DNA of 63,330 nt, counting the filler, from Alcyonidium flabelliforme (lineage: Eukaryota): NCBI GenBank assembly GCA_026167845.1. It is 51 parts of 51 records of this genome, joined end to end, with 100 filler letters (N's around TTAATTAATTAA, not from the genome) between each part and the next. Parts side by side here need not be neighbours in the genome. Positions count along the whole stretch, not along the records: positions 48,968 to 50,085 come from JAOQFJ010000253.1; positions 50,186 to 51,299 come from JAOQFJ010000254.1; positions 51,400 to 52,510 come from JAOQFJ010000255.1; positions 52,611 to 53,720 come from JAOQFJ010000256.1; positions 53,821 to 54,927 come from JAOQFJ010000257.1; positions 55,028 to 56,133 come from JAOQFJ010000258.1; positions 56,234 to 57,336 come from JAOQFJ010000259.1; positions 57,437 to 58,539 come from JAOQFJ010000260.1; 43 more parts are not named here. One strand, given 5' to 3'. Within the stretch, counting starts at the first letter, position 1, and the number at the start of each line of letters is the position of its first letter. Made by a program: the position numbers and the translations under genes. This document shows, one piece after another, positions 48,868-60,943 of the stretch. The notes below the pieces were generated by a model. That model was not told the DNA's origin. It did not search any database and worked only from the letters and a program-made list of their open reading frames with translations.

Positions 48868-48967
48868 NNNNNNNNNNNNNNNNNNNNNNNNNNNNNNNNN
48901 NNNNNNNNNNNTTAATTAATTAANNNNNNNNNNNNNNNNNNNNNNNNNNNNNNNNNNNNNNNNNNNN

Positions 48968-50040
48968 TACCACCTACCTGACTAAACACTATGCTTACAC
49001 TTAATCGAGCACCTGTGCGCTTAGCCATAACTTCTGCTAAAGCACGACCTGCAAAAGAGAAAGTAGCCACACTAATCATGTTGGAAGCAATATAACCCAT
49101 AGGAACACTTTCACGGTTGAACTTGTAAATAAACAAGTACCCTACTTCTGCCCATCCTGCCCATCCTGCCCACATTCCAATAGTCGCTGCTAGTAGGCTT
49201 CGTTGTGCTGCTTTTATCTGTAGCTCTTTGGTGACGGCACGCAATTGAGTAAGATTTGCCGCCAGCTCAATTGAGGCGCTCATCACCATTAGGCTGGCGC
49301 CTATGGCAGCTGAGCCTGCCTCCATATTCTTCGATAGTGATACATCCTGTCCCATGGCTTCCAAATTTGTAAACATAGCCCGAGTTTGTAAAAACACCAA
49401 GCCACCACTTAAAGCGATACCAGCAGACGGAGCGATACTATTTAAACGCTTTAAGCGACTATTGATTTTATCAACTTCTAACTGTAGGTAAGTTGTGGTC
49501 GGGTCTTTGCGTATCTCGGCTTCTACTAAATTCACTAGAGGTCTATTAGCCTCTTTACCCAGCTCTTTTAGAGTACCCGTGTCCAGCATGATACCTTTTT
49601 TGTATTGGGCACTAACAAAAAAGGTAAAAGTATGGACAGCCTCAGCCTGTACGACTACACCACTTCTATTTCTCATATCTTGAACATCAAAAGGTTGCTT
49701 ATTAGTTCCTAGTTTATTGCCTTCTACATTATTGGTATAATTTTCATATAGATCCGCGCCATTAGTACCTTTTAAGGTATCAAAAATCGTCTTGATTTTA
49801 CCTTTCATAGTAATAGGTATGGCAACTTCACCGCTATTACTCAGCATAAAGCTTTGCATAGCCGTTGTTATGCTCTGAACCTTAGCTTTATTAATTGTCC
49901 CTGTTTGACGCTTACGCTGATTTGTTAGTACTGATTGGTAGGCATGAGAAATCAATAGACTGATCGCATTAGCCGTCTCTTCTGATAATCTATATCCTCT
50001 AAGATTACTATAGTCAATCCCACCTAAAAGTGTTATAAAC
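48968..50040 (-). CDS. Probable T6SS pore-forming effector fragment (VasX/BTH_I2691-like)
   Basis: Long frame ending in several Ala/Gly-rich hydrophobic helices; recognised by overall architecture only. Confidence 0.45.
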
Positions 50041-50185
50041 TAACTATCAAATTCAATTGTTATTATAAAGACCATGACTTACTCGNNNNNNNNNNNNNNN
50101 NNNNNNNNNNNNNNNNNNNNNNNNNNNNNTTAATTAATTAANNNNNNNNNNNNNNNNNNNNNNNNNNNNNNNNNNNNNNNNNNNN

Positions 50186-51145
50186 AGTTTTTGAATTTTA
50201 ACCTGGCAACAAAAACACTGGCAGATCAGCTAAAAGTAAATCTATGGGTGGTCTTCCATTTAATTGTTTCTTAAGTTATTTAATTCACTAGTATTGCCAA
50301 TTTTAACTTATGGTGCCTCTGCATGGGGCTTAAAATCTTATTCATGCATTGATGCAGTTTACAATAGGGCTATTCGTTTTTACCTTGGCGTGGGACGATA
50401 CGCACCCAATGTGGGTATTCAAGGCGATATAGCGTGGGTATCTCCTTGGCAACGACAATGGATGTCTGTGTGTAGAAATTGGGCTAGACTTTGTAACATG
50501 TCAAACGACCGACTTTGTAGACGTGTATTTTGTTGGGCTTTCTCATTGTCTAATAAAAAAAATTGGATTTATAGCGTACGTTCATTATTTGAAAGGATTC
50601 GCATGCCACACCTTTATAATGTTAGTTATTTGTTCAGGCCGCGTGACTTGAGGCACATTGACACTGTTTTATTTTCTGATTATGAATCAACGTGGTTTGA
50701 TAAGTTAAATCAAGACATACTACATGTGGGTCGTGGTCATAATAAACTGCGAACATATAGAATTTTTAAGAAAAGTTATAAAAGTGAACCGTATGTTAAA
50801 CAGTTACTTCCTAGAAATGAGAGAAGTGCTTTAGCAAAATTCAGACTCGGTGTTGCGCCATTGGCTATTGAGACTGGGAGATATTGTAATATTCCCGAGA
50901 ATGAACGTATTTGTACTTTGTGTAACATGGATGTAACTGAGTCTGAAATGCATGTGTTGCTAGAGTGTCATTTGTACAGTGATTTAAGAAATGATCTTTT
51001 TACAACAATTTCTACCCATGTCGCTAATTTTTCATCATTATGTAAGGCTGAGCAATTGTCAATCATTCTAAATGATGCTAGATTTGTTAAATATTCTGCC
51101 AGAACCTGCAAGCTAGTGCTTCAACGTCGCGCTGAATTTTTGTAG
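50186..51145 (+). mobile_element. Non-LTR retrotransposon ORF2 C-terminus with CCHC zinc knuckle
   Basis: LVLPILTYGASAWG, KLRTYRIFK, LAIETGRY, ERICTLC..ESEMHVLLECHLY. Confidence 0.9.
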
Positions 51146-52610
51146 TCTCTATTGTGAAGATTTTTGTTTTTTATTATATATATATATTTTATAAATATAA
51201 TTTAAATAAACGTATTTAATGGGAATTATGTTGTTTTTATTGTTGTCATTGTTGTTAGTATTAAAATATATATCTATTTGTTCACTCAAAAATACTGATN
51301 NNNNNNNNNNNNNNNNNNNNNNNNNNNNNNNNNNNNNNNNNNNTTAATTAATTAANNNNNNNNNNNNNNNNNNNNNNNNNNNNNNNNNNNNNNNNNNNNT
51401 TATATATTATTTTTAATGATTGAACCTTGTACTATTATTAAAAAAAAAGCGCATCGCCAAATACAAAGAAATAAAAGATCATTCTTCGTTACGATTTATA
51501 ATTTGAGATGCAATTCGATGTATTGTATTCATTATCTAAAAGGCATGTAAATTTGGGCCTTTTTGGTATGACAATGTGGTGTAATGGTGTGGTATTGCAT
51601 AATAAACAAAATTAAGATTACAATGTGATGGAGTTTGTATTATTTATAACAGAACGTAATACTTGCAACACCAATTTCATATCTTTTCATTTACAAACTA
51701 ATCCGGGTTCATGGATTTTTTACTTGAGTCAATTATTCATTAAGATCCACCTCTAAAAAGAAGAAATTGTATTTATACGATTAATGCACCAAACTATCGT
51801 AAATGATTTGATCTAAACATGTCGTGAACGTGTTAAAATACTGGACAGTAAATTTTGTTTGGCAAGTATATTAAAATATCTAAATTAAAAAACCCACAAT
51901 TTTATGTATATGACGTCACTATTTAACGTTCTCGCAATATATGAACCAGCACGTGGCGTACCAGCGTCCACCTACATCGTCTCGTTATTGTTTTGAAAAG
52001 TAATGAATACTTAGATCTACATGCCTACATATAATGAACAGTATATGTTAGGAGAAATTTGTTAAACTTTCTAAATCATAGAAAATTGGATTCGAAGTTG
52101 TCCAATGAGTGACGTCATAACTGTCGCTTACTATAATGAGCCACTTTTACTTACTTTTCTGTTCTCCAACGCCTTACATGTAGTTATTATACCGTTGGAT
52201 AGGCCGGTTTAAACAATCTCCTATCAATAAGAATGGTCTAAGTTCCCTGAGATAAATTGGTTGTTATAGCCGGCCTATTAAACGTGAAAAAGAATGGAAG
52301 CACGTCTTTCGAAAAAGTGATGGTTTAACTTTAAAGTAATTTAAAAAAAATAGAGCGGCATCCACAAACCAAAAAAAGATATATTTGAGCAAAACAGTTC
52401 TGTTCTTATTAATTAATGATAGTCCGATAAAAAGTTGCATATTTCTAAAACAAAAGTAACGGTTTTTAAATTCACCACTCACTGTCGCGTGCAACAAAAA
52501 TTCATATTATNNNNNNNNNNNNNNNNNNNNNNNNNNNNNNNNNNNNNNNNNNNNTTAATTAATTAANNNNNNNNNNNNNNNNNNNNNNNNNNNNNNNNNN
52601 NNNNNNNNNN

Positions 52611-53405
52611 AACTCTGGGGAAAAAAGACTTATCAAAGCTTACTTTTGCAAAGATAGAATGTGCCCTTCTTGTCAAAAAAGGCGTTCACTGGTTGTATTT
52701 CATCAAGTTAAAGATGTTTGTTTATCTTTGCAGTCAGAGTTTAAAAGCACTCGATATTTACTTTTAACGCTCACCGTTCCTAATGTCACCGCTGATGACT
52801 TACCTAATGAAATAAATAAAATGAATAAAGCCTGGGCTAGTTTATCCAGGAAGGTTGAATTTAAAAAAGCCATATGGGGTTGGTTCAAAGCCTTAGAGAT
52901 TACCCATAACAAAAAAACTAACACTTACCACCCTCATTTCCATGTTTTACTTGCTGTTCCTGAAAAGTATTTCAAGGGTCAAAATTATATAAAGCAATCA
53001 CGCTGGCTTGAGCTTTGGCAAGTGGCCATGAAGAACGATTACATCACACAGGTTGATGTAAGACGTGTTAAGCCTAACCCTAAGCGTTCAGGCTCAACCA
53101 TAGAGGCCGCAGCCGCAGAAGTTGGCAAATACGCTACCAAGCCATCAGATTACATTAAAAAGGTATCCCCTGATTACTATGTCGCAGATGAAAAGATAGT
53201 TTCTGAACTTGCTGACATACTTAAGCGGAAACGTTTAATAGCTTTTGGCGGTCGCTTGAAAGAGCATTATCAAAAGTTAAAGCTAACAGATGCCGATTTA
53301 GATTCGGTTGATTTGATTAATGTTGCAGGCGAATCCGACCAAGTAGACGCTGTTGTTCTTCAAATGTACAAATGGAATATAGGTTTAAAGCAATATATCT
53401 CATGA
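52611..53405 (+). CDS. rep: Rolling-circle replication initiator, Rep_1 (pC194-like HUH) family, 5' truncated
   Basis: FCKDRMCPSC, LLLTLTVPN (motif I), YHPHFHVLL (HUH), EVGKYATKP (catalytic Tyr), RLIAFGG. Confidence 0.93.
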   Translation, partial: NSGEKRLIKAYFCKDRMCPSCQKRRSLVVFHQVKDVCLSLQSEFKSTRYLLLTLTVPNVTADDLPNEINKMNKAWASLSRKVEFKKAIWGWFKALEITHNKKTNTYHPHFHVLLAVPEKYFKGQNYIKQSRWLELWQVAMKNDYITQVDVRRVKPNPKRSGSTIEAAAAEVGKYATKPSDYIKKVSPDYYVADEKIVSELADILKRKRLIAFGGRLKEHYQKLKLTDADLDSVDLINVAGESDQVDAVVLQMYKWNIGLKQYIS

Positions 53406-53407
53406 TT

Positions 53408-53462
53408 ACATGTACCCATAGATACATGAACCCATAGATACATAAATACATAAATACATATG
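53408..53462. repeat. Direct-repeat array downstream of rep
   Basis: TACATGWACCCATAGA x2 then TACATAAA x2, 8-bp phasing. Confidence 0.8.
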
Positions 53463-54279
53463 CAGTATCACAGTATCACTCCAGAACTACTGAGTAGCCC
53501 CTTATTGCTGGGACAGCCCTGGAGGGCTGGGCAGATGTACCCCTTACAGCGCTTGGGCTCCCATGAGGATGACAGGTCCCGGGTGTTTGGTTACCCCCTG
53601 GAAGGGCTGATCTATCATATTGTACATATATATTATCATGTTGTATGGGATGTATCACTGTGAAATACTGTAGGTCTACGGAAATATTACCAACGATGAT
53701 CAAACCGCGTACAACATACGNNNNNNNNNNNNNNNNNNNNNNNNNNNNNNNNNNNNNNNNNNNNTTAATTAATTAANNNNNNNNNNNNNNNNNNNNNNNN
53801 NNNNNNNNNNNNNNNNNNNNTCGTTCCATGGCTTACACATTTTTAGATAGGCTAACCTTTTTTTAGGGTCACCGCAGCAAATCACCAGAGTAAACGAGAA
53901 AATAACTCCTAATTACAATGTTTTGTTCTCTGTGCATTTATTTTGCCCACCTGCGTTGAAGCGGTCTGGTTATTGAAACTTGCACTTTGTCTGGAAATAA
54001 ATCATATGCAGAAGTATTTAAAAGTACCAGTTGAAACTGTTTCATGTATTTTGAAAGGTTGCGAATTAACACATCATCTGTTTGAGGTGATCAACTGTCT
54101 CTTTCTGTGAGTAAACCTCTGTTTAAAATCTTACCTCGGGGATTTTTTGATTTTGCTGCCGCCCTACCACCCCCACCCCATTCGCCCCTTGGCCGCGATC
54201 GGAAAACCCGATATATTCATACATATTCGACTACAGAAGTAGTATAGTGTGAGCAGATCGGTACCCCCTGGGAACAATT

Positions 54280-54770
54280 TTCGACCAATCAGAACGCTCC
54301 TAACAAGTTCTAAGCCAATAGGACACGTGCCAAAATGAGTAAATTGAGTGAAAAAGCTCTCAAAACGACAGAGTCCGTAAAAAGCTAAAAATAACTCGGA
54401 ATCCGGCCTTCTGATTGGCCTAGAGCCTTTTCTCACTTCCCCTCCTCATTTTTTCTGAAACAGGAACCCTGTGGCATTTCAATACCAACCTAGCAACCGA
54501 CGTCGCTTCCCTAGCAACCGTCAATTTAATCAACCAATCACCGACGAGCTTACAAAACCTCTCGTCGCCCCGACGACGGAACTCTAACAGTTCGCCCGCC
54601 CCGGAGCGGTTCGAGCGACTCTCGCTCCGCTCCTACCCGCTCCGCGCCCTCCGTCAGCCCCGTGCCGCCGCCGAGGGAAGGGGGCCGACTAGACGACGGC
54701 ATGGCGCCGCCCGGCCGCTAACTCCGGCCGCCCCGCCGGGGCGCCCGACGTTCGTTCGAGCGGGTTTATA
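54280..54770. promoter_or_regulatory. Eukaryotic promoter-like segment
   Basis: Four CCAAT/ATTGG boxes (54285, 54315, 54414, 54534), two CCTAGCAAC X-box half-sites, then a very GC-rich tract. Confidence 0.4.
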
Positions 54771-55027
54771 TTTCTCGAGGAACGTCTCATTTGGAATATA
54801 AAGTTATAAATAAAGTTGATTATAAATATGCAAAGTTAGTCATTTAATAAAAAAAAAAAAAAAAATGGCTAGCGTTAAGCTTTTGTACTTAATAAAATAA
54901 AACGACAGAATATCGACCTACATTTGTNNNNNNNNNNNNNNNNNNNNNNNNNNNNNNNNNNNNNNNNNNNNTTAATTAATTAANNNNNNNNNNNNNNNNN
55001 NNNNNNNNNNNNNNNNNNNNNNNNNNN

Positions 55028-56020
55028 AAAGAAGATGCAAAGTCAGAAATTAGTGAGAAAAATATAAACAATAGTCGATCAGATTATAAGGTCACCAATA
55101 CTTATATTATTGGTATAGTGCATCATTATTTTTGCATATTTCATTCATGGTTGCCCGGTGATAAAGATATTAAAGGTAAATTCATATTTGAGCTAATAAA
55201 ATTATTATTCTGTTCAACTTTAATATATTTCTTGTTATTCATGCTCAATAACGCGACTAAAATTTTTATTGATTTTGATTTCACTCTATTTCTTCTAATA
55301 TCAGCAGTAATTAGCTGGCTTTTTCAGATATTTGCTTTATTTATTGGTTTCTTATTACTATCACCAAAAAAAATTGAAACTATACAAAATAGAATGAAGG
55401 CTGAGCTAAATATAGATACCAGTCACCTTGCTAACCTAAAAAGTAAAAATTTTTTCGTTGCTAGGTTTGAGCTTGAAAAAATTTGGCTTGAAATTGTTTT
55501 AACTGATAATGATATTGAAGGTTTAATTAAAAAAGTAGAGTCTAATATTAACAATAGAAAGCCTTCTACTAGAGATATAGATTCGATAATATTTTCGATC
55601 GTCAAAAATCCTATCCTCATAAGTTTTACAGCGGGAATTTTAGTTGCATTTGTGACTTTATTTTCTAAAGTTATTACGTCTTCTACAGAGAAATTAGTTA
55701 CTAATGTAAATTCGGTTGGTGCAACACTATTTTTAATTTGGCTTACAATTATACTGATAATTCTTGGTACAAAAACTTTGTTTATGACTTTTGTGTGGTC
55801 TATTGAGAATAGCACTAAGAATAAAATGTTAGTTATATGGCGATATGAAATCTTTAGAGATATGCTAGCTAGACACCAAACAGTTATCATAAAAAAACCT
55901 AGAATACGTTATGTGCCAGTTCTGGAGAGTAGGAAGGAACAAGAAAAAATAGAGAATGAAAGTGAAGTTAAGGTTGTGATAGATATTGCAGAAAAAGTTG
56001 AAGCCAGAAATAACAGATGA
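55028..56020 (+). CDS. AT-rich bacterial multi-pass membrane protein, 5' truncated
   Basis: Frame open from contig start; about four hydrophobic segments. Confidence 0.75.
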   Translation, partial: KEDAKSEISEKNINNSRSDYKVTNTYIIGIVHHYFCIFHSWLPGDKDIKGKFIFELIKLLFCSTLIYFLLFMLNNATKIFIDFDFTLFLLISAVISWLFQIFALFIGFLLLSPKKIETIQNRMKAELNIDTSHLANLKSKNFFVARFELEKIWLEIVLTDNDIEGLIKKVESNINNRKPSTRDIDSIIFSIVKNPILISFTAGILVAFVTLFSKVITSSTEKLVTNVNSVGATLFLIWLTIILIILGTKTLFMTFVWSIENSTKNKMLVIWRYEIFRDMLARHQTVIIKKPRIRYVPVLESRKEQEKIENESEVKVVIDIAEKVEARNNR

Positions 56021-56233
56021 ATATTTTTCCCTTTTATTAATTTCAAACTATTTCACGTTTATAAAAGTGAGTGATGAAATAGCTATTTGAAAATGAACTA
56101 AACATAATTCTTATTAACTACTCCCTCTAAGAANNNNNNNNNNNNNNNNNNNNNNNNNNNNNNNNNNNNNNNNNNNNTTAATTAATTAANNNNNNNNNNN
56201 NNNNNNNNNNNNNNNNNNNNNNNNNNNNNNNNN

Positions 56234-56554
56234 GGCTATGACACAATTTGTTTCGCTCAAGGCGATAACGAGCGAATCACAAGCGAACAAGTCTATCCTG
56301 TTTGGGAAAGGGTTATAGCGCCATTACTTGTTGATGTTAGTGATGATGAGTTGCAACAGCATGTGTTTGTTGTCGTCGGTAGGGTTTGTGATTGCGAAGA
56401 TGAATTGAAGTTTGTGATGGCTTCGACTAAAGAAGAGGCTGAAGGTAAGTTCAACGACTATATCAAGGTTAAACAAGACTGGGACGGTGAGAGTGACATT
56501 TATGTCGAGTTCACTGAACGCCTTGCTGACTTTAGTTTCAATCTTCTCAAATAA
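56234..56554 (+). CDS. Hypothetical protein C-terminus (plasmid/ICE-like)
   Basis: Frame open from contig start, followed by a terminator. Confidence 0.65.
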   Translation, partial: GYDTICFAQGDNERITSEQVYPVWERVIAPLLVDVSDDELQQHVFVVVGRVCDCEDELKFVMASTKEEAEGKFNDYIKVKQDWDGESDIYVEFTERLADFSFNLLK

Positions 56555-56556
56555 AT

Positions 56557-56581
56557 AAGGGCCGCTAAGCGGCCTTTTTTA
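56557..56581 (+). terminator. Intrinsic terminator
   Basis: AAGGGCCGC taa GCGGCCTTTTTT. Confidence 0.85.
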
Positions 56582-56696
56582 TTGCTCAAAGATGATTTAT
56601 TGGTCGATGGTCTATATACTGAATGTGATTATTGGCTTTAGGCCACAAACAAAACAGGCGCTTTCGAGCTGCCTTCAATACGTAAAGAGGAAAGTT

Positions 56697-57131
56697 ATGA
56701 AAACTGTATTTGAGAAAAACTACGATCTAATGGTAAAGCTTGGAATTATTCTGGAAGATAATACGGTCCCTTCATACCGTAAAAGTATCTCTTCAGGTGT
56801 GATGGACTTAGTGGTTGAGCGCAATGAGCTTACTGATGGTTTTAACGACCAAAAGTGTATTGGCTTTTCAATTGCACACTACTTTGTTCAATGTGGTGAT
56901 TTATGCTCAGACCCAATTATGGAAATCCTTTATTACCCTGATACAAACATGGTTGAAGCTTATTCATTTGAAATGAGTCTTCCTCCAATGTACGAGGTAG
57001 TATATCCCCTTCCTGGCAAAGTTAATGTGAAAGCCAAAAAGTCGCAAAACTCGTTTTTGCACAGCTGGTTGAACAACTTGGTAGCACAGGGGCATGGTGT
57101 TAAATGGGAAGACCGCAGCGCTGCTGCCTAA
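56697..57131 (+). CDS. DUF1249/DUF6908-like protein
   Basis: GAGGA RBS; SIAHYFVQCGDLCSDP.ME...NSFLHSWLNNLVAQGH. Confidence 0.75.
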   Translation: MKTVFEKNYDLMVKLGIILEDNTVPSYRKSISSGVMDLVVERNELTDGFNDQKCIGFSIAHYFVQCGDLCSDPIMEILYYPDTNMVEAYSFEMSLPPMYEVVYPLPGKVNVKAKKSQNSFLHSWLNNLVAQGHGVKWEDRSAAA

Positions 57132-57150
57132 TGTGGTATAGGAGCGTATC

Positions 57151-57336
57151 ATGTTTCAAGCAACTATGGATTTGCCGTTAGGTGATTTTGCAGCATCGAG
57201 CATCGAGCCAAAATGTTTACGCAATTCACTGTTTAAAGATGGGCAGTTTGAATCAAAAGTGGGTAAAGCTGATCGTATTTGCCGCCGCCTAATGAGAGTT
57301 AGCGTTTATCGAAATCTAAACAAACCGGAGTTCGAT
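57151..57336 (+). CDS. Hypothetical protein N-terminus, 3' truncated
   Basis: AGGAG RBS before ATG. Confidence 0.55.
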
Positions 57337-57436
57337 NNNNNNNNNNNNNNNNNNNNNNNNNNNNNNNNNNNNNNNNNNNNTTAATTAATTAANNNNNNNN
57401 NNNNNNNNNNNNNNNNNNNNNNNNNNNNNNNNNNNN

Positions 57437-58539
57437 AAAAAGTTAGTAAAATTTAATTGATTAAATTGGTACACTTCAATGCTGTCAAAATAAGGCTTAA
57501 GTATAGTCTGGTTGATAATATCAGACTCTACAGCAGTCTTAATATCTTGATAGACATTAAGAAATTCAGATGTCTGATCAGAAGTAGCTTGGTTAATATA
57601 ATCGGTTGGATTAATGCCAGTAATCGCATCAATGAGTTTGACCATTTGCTTATCATTTTGGTTCAAATAACTATAGTTAGTAACCGTATTCGTTTCACTA
57701 ACATATTCTGGTAGATCTTGATTTGGTCTTATTCGAATCACATGTTCAGCATTTTCGTTTTCAGTCCATTTAATATTATTGTTATTAACGATAGCCACTT
57801 CACTATCATTATTCTTACTGTCTGTGCCCGCCCATAACTCTAATAATTTATCAGACTGGTCGAAAATATTTTCAATATCTTTGTTTTCATCTAAATATTT
57901 AGCTAATATCGATAATTCATCAGTACCCTTGGCAGCGTCTGCTAGGTCATCTAAGCGGCCAAATCCAGAAAGATTCAGACCATCAGTTTTTTCATCAGGT
58001 GTCGATATAAAGTCACTATGAATCAAATCTTGGTCAAAGTTAATGTCCGCCATCAATAATGTGTTGCCGTCATTATCTACATAACTTCCTTGTTCTTTTA
58101 CAGTGCCGCCGCTTGTCTCTACCTCGTTGCTTGAATCGAAGCTTAGATTTCATTCGGATCTACCTATCTGTTCCAGCGTTTTAAGTTCATCTTGAGAAGT
58201 GACACCATCAATATTAGTATCTTGCCAAACTCTTAACTCACTAAAACTGGTATCGTCTTTATTGATCACACCATCAGCATTGATATCTAAATCCGCCAAT
58301 GCTTCAAAACCATGTTTGGCAATCAATCCACTATTTAGTTCAGTTTGATCCCCGAACATCTCCTTACCATTGTTAATGACACCATCTTTATTAATATCTC
58401 TAACTAAAAATCCATCCGCACTCGATAACCAACCTGTAGCAGTTTTGATGCCGTCACCGTCGTTATCAAACATGACACCTTGCTTATTGTTTTCAGCAAC
58501 TGTGTTAATAACTCCATCTTTGTTAAGATCTAATACCAG
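57437..58539 (-). CDS. FrpC-like RTX calcium-binding protein fragment (self-processing module) with an in-frame TGA at 58150-58152
   Basis: LVLDLNKDG, FDNDGDGIKTATGW, DGFLVRDIN.DG.I.NGKEMFG, GFEALADLD, LRVWQD; both ORF-track pieces share one frame. Confidence 0.88.
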
Positions 58540-59104
58540 NNNNNNNNNNNNNNNNNNNNNNNNNNNNNNNNNNNNNNNNNNNNTTAATTAATTAANNNNN
58601 NNNNNNNNNNNNNNNNNNNNNNNNNNNNNNNNNNNNNNNGACAACACCATCACCGCCATCAAAGAGGTCAGACTTCAGATGGAAAATAGAGGCGAACCCT
58701 AACCCACGGGGGTGGGCGAAGTCACGGTGACTGCGGGTGGGGCGTTTCTGTTAACTATGGGAGAAAAAAGTGGGGACCACGGTGACTTCAATTGAAATTT
58801 CCACCATGACTTCGAAGGTCCAGTCACCTCCAATCGATCTGAAAATTTCAGAAGTTGTATTCACACGGGTTATCTTGCCCCCATTCACTTCAGAGCATGC
58901 ATCGACCTATATGTGGTGAGATATTTGCAATGAAAATTGGCATCATTTTTGATGGGGGATCGGATGTGGGCCCACCTTTTGCGGCGACCGTGCCGGCAAC
59001 CACCAGCTAAGTTCCTGGCAGGACAACAGCTGAAAATGGAATTCAGAGGTTGATTCAAATCTCACTTTGTTTGTATTCAGTGTCGACCCGGACCAAGCTA
59101 TAGA

Positions 59105-59741
59105 ATGGCAGACCAATTGTTCACCCGGCCCCGTGAAGTGCCAGTAATCGTTTGCAAGAAGTGTCAACATGCAGTTCGACCAAAGGAAGTCATTCGACAC
59201 CTTCAAAGCACGCACCATCGGCTTACCAGGCCAACCGCGAGGCAGGTGTTCGATGCTATACAGCAGTGGGACGGGGTACAGGCTTGCGATCAATGGATAG
59301 TGCCAGCCAGAGTGAGTGAGTCCATCCCAGGGCTCCCAGTTTACACTGATGGCATCTTATGCAGACGGGACCCTGAGTGCTATTTTGTGGCCCGTACAGC
59401 TAAGACTATAGATAGCCATTGGCGTATAGCTCACCAATGGTCTACACCACGGCGTGCTGGGCGCCCCCGACATGGGGAGCAGAGTATAGCTGAGCAGGAC
59501 TTCCAGCAGGCCACCACTGCTGTATCATGCCAACGGGCCTTCAGCCACGGCGCTGGGTCCCATTATATCCATGTGGAGTGTCCCGGGCCCGATAGTATCA
59601 TGGATCTCGAGGCCCCGGACGCCCCCGAGGCCCATGATGTCAGCCAGGCTGATGTTGTTCACCAGTTGGTGGCTCAGTTGGAAGCAGCATTCACTGAGCA
59701 GCAAGCCCACCGCACCGTGATTGAGGCCGGGGAGCGAGATG
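59105..59741 (+). CDS. Fungal DUF3505-like zinc-finger N-terminus typical of telomere-linked RecQ-associated proteins, 3' truncated
   Basis: VIVCKKCQHAV...HL...H; PGLPVYTDGILC...C...HWRIAH; VSCQRAF. Confidence 0.75.
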
Positions 59742-59841
59742 NNNNNNNNNNNNNNNNNNNNNNNNNNNNNNNNNNNNNNNNNNNNTTAATTAATTAANNN
59801 NNNNNNNNNNNNNNNNNNNNNNNNNNNNNNNNNNNNNNNNN

Positions 59842-60943
59842 CGTCTTGAATCCTCGAGAAAACAGTATTGTGCGAAAACAGACTATTTAGGAATCCAGCG
59901 ACTGCTTGCCAGGGAACCGTGGCCTCCAGGCTTTCCATAACGGAGCGATGAAAGGAGACGCGCCAGAGGAACGCCAGAGAGATATGAATCCCCGGGATTG
60001 CATTGGGGAAGTTACTGTACCTAAGAAGAACGAAGAGAGTTTGAAAAGTGAGGCGGATTGCCTGGAATGCTTGATTCAGTTTGAGCTGCGAACACAATTC
60101 AGTAGGGCTATTGCTTACATATTCTGTCTCCATTGCCGGTGCCGACTCAATCGCAGCATCACTACTCTGCTTCTTGGAAAACAGATCGGCCACCTGTGGG
60201 TATACAGGTGTACCGTAACCAAGTACAGAGGCGATGTTGCAGGACATTATGTACACCTCATGTTGATTTCGGCTAGTGGGGCGTTGAATGTGCATTGGGA
60301 AAAGCGACAGGAAGTCATTTGTCAATGCCTTAAGTCGTTCTCCCGAGCAATTCTCGAGTAGGAGACGGTGTGCAATCACAAAGTGAGCGGCCATATCTCG
60401 TTGAAAGGTAAAACCCTTCCAGTGGTCGAAGAAAATGTCAATGGTCGCCCAGCTGTGGCAGAGTGGCTGCACACTAACGAATGCTTTGGGAAGATAAAAG
60501 AGTCTTTGAAGAGCGTCGGAGTGTGACAAAACTGCAAGAGAATGTTGGATTCTACCGAGATTGGGATTTTGGTCCGCAGCCTTTCGGTACCAATACCGCG
60601 ATATGCCTGCCATATGTTTTCGATGCTGTCTTTGCGCAGCCATATGATATCGTGTCACATCACCCAGCTGCTCATACAATATCACCCCAAGAGCTGGATC
60701 GAACTCTAAGAATCGGTTCAGCGTTGATGAGACGTGGTAAATGAAATGGAGCATGGGGCCCAAAGATCCTGGAAGGTTTTGGTGCAGAAGCTCTAAGGGT
60801 GAATATATTCCATAACGCCACAGTCTGTTAAACATGGCATAGTCGTAAGGAACATCTCTGATAGCAGCCCTAGCAGATGGCATCTGGGATATGGAGAAGA
60901 AGTGTTCATGCTCTTGAAGCAAATGCTTGTGTATGGCGAGAAG
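59842..60943 (-). CDS. Fungal Est1/SMG6-like DNA/RNA-binding domain protein, partial
   Basis: HEHFF..SQ.PSA, RLWRYGI.S.LELL, EQLGDVTRY.MA, RYWY.KAAD..P..GR..H.LAVL, PW..VA.FLN. Confidence 0.8.

Noticed and set aside
52611..53405. Rep_1 acting in trans on the 1,104-bp circle
   Set aside because: No pC194-type CTTGATA nick site found on the circle and no evidence of a shared host
58696..58706. Telomeric repeat
   Set aside because: Fewer than two CCCTAA units
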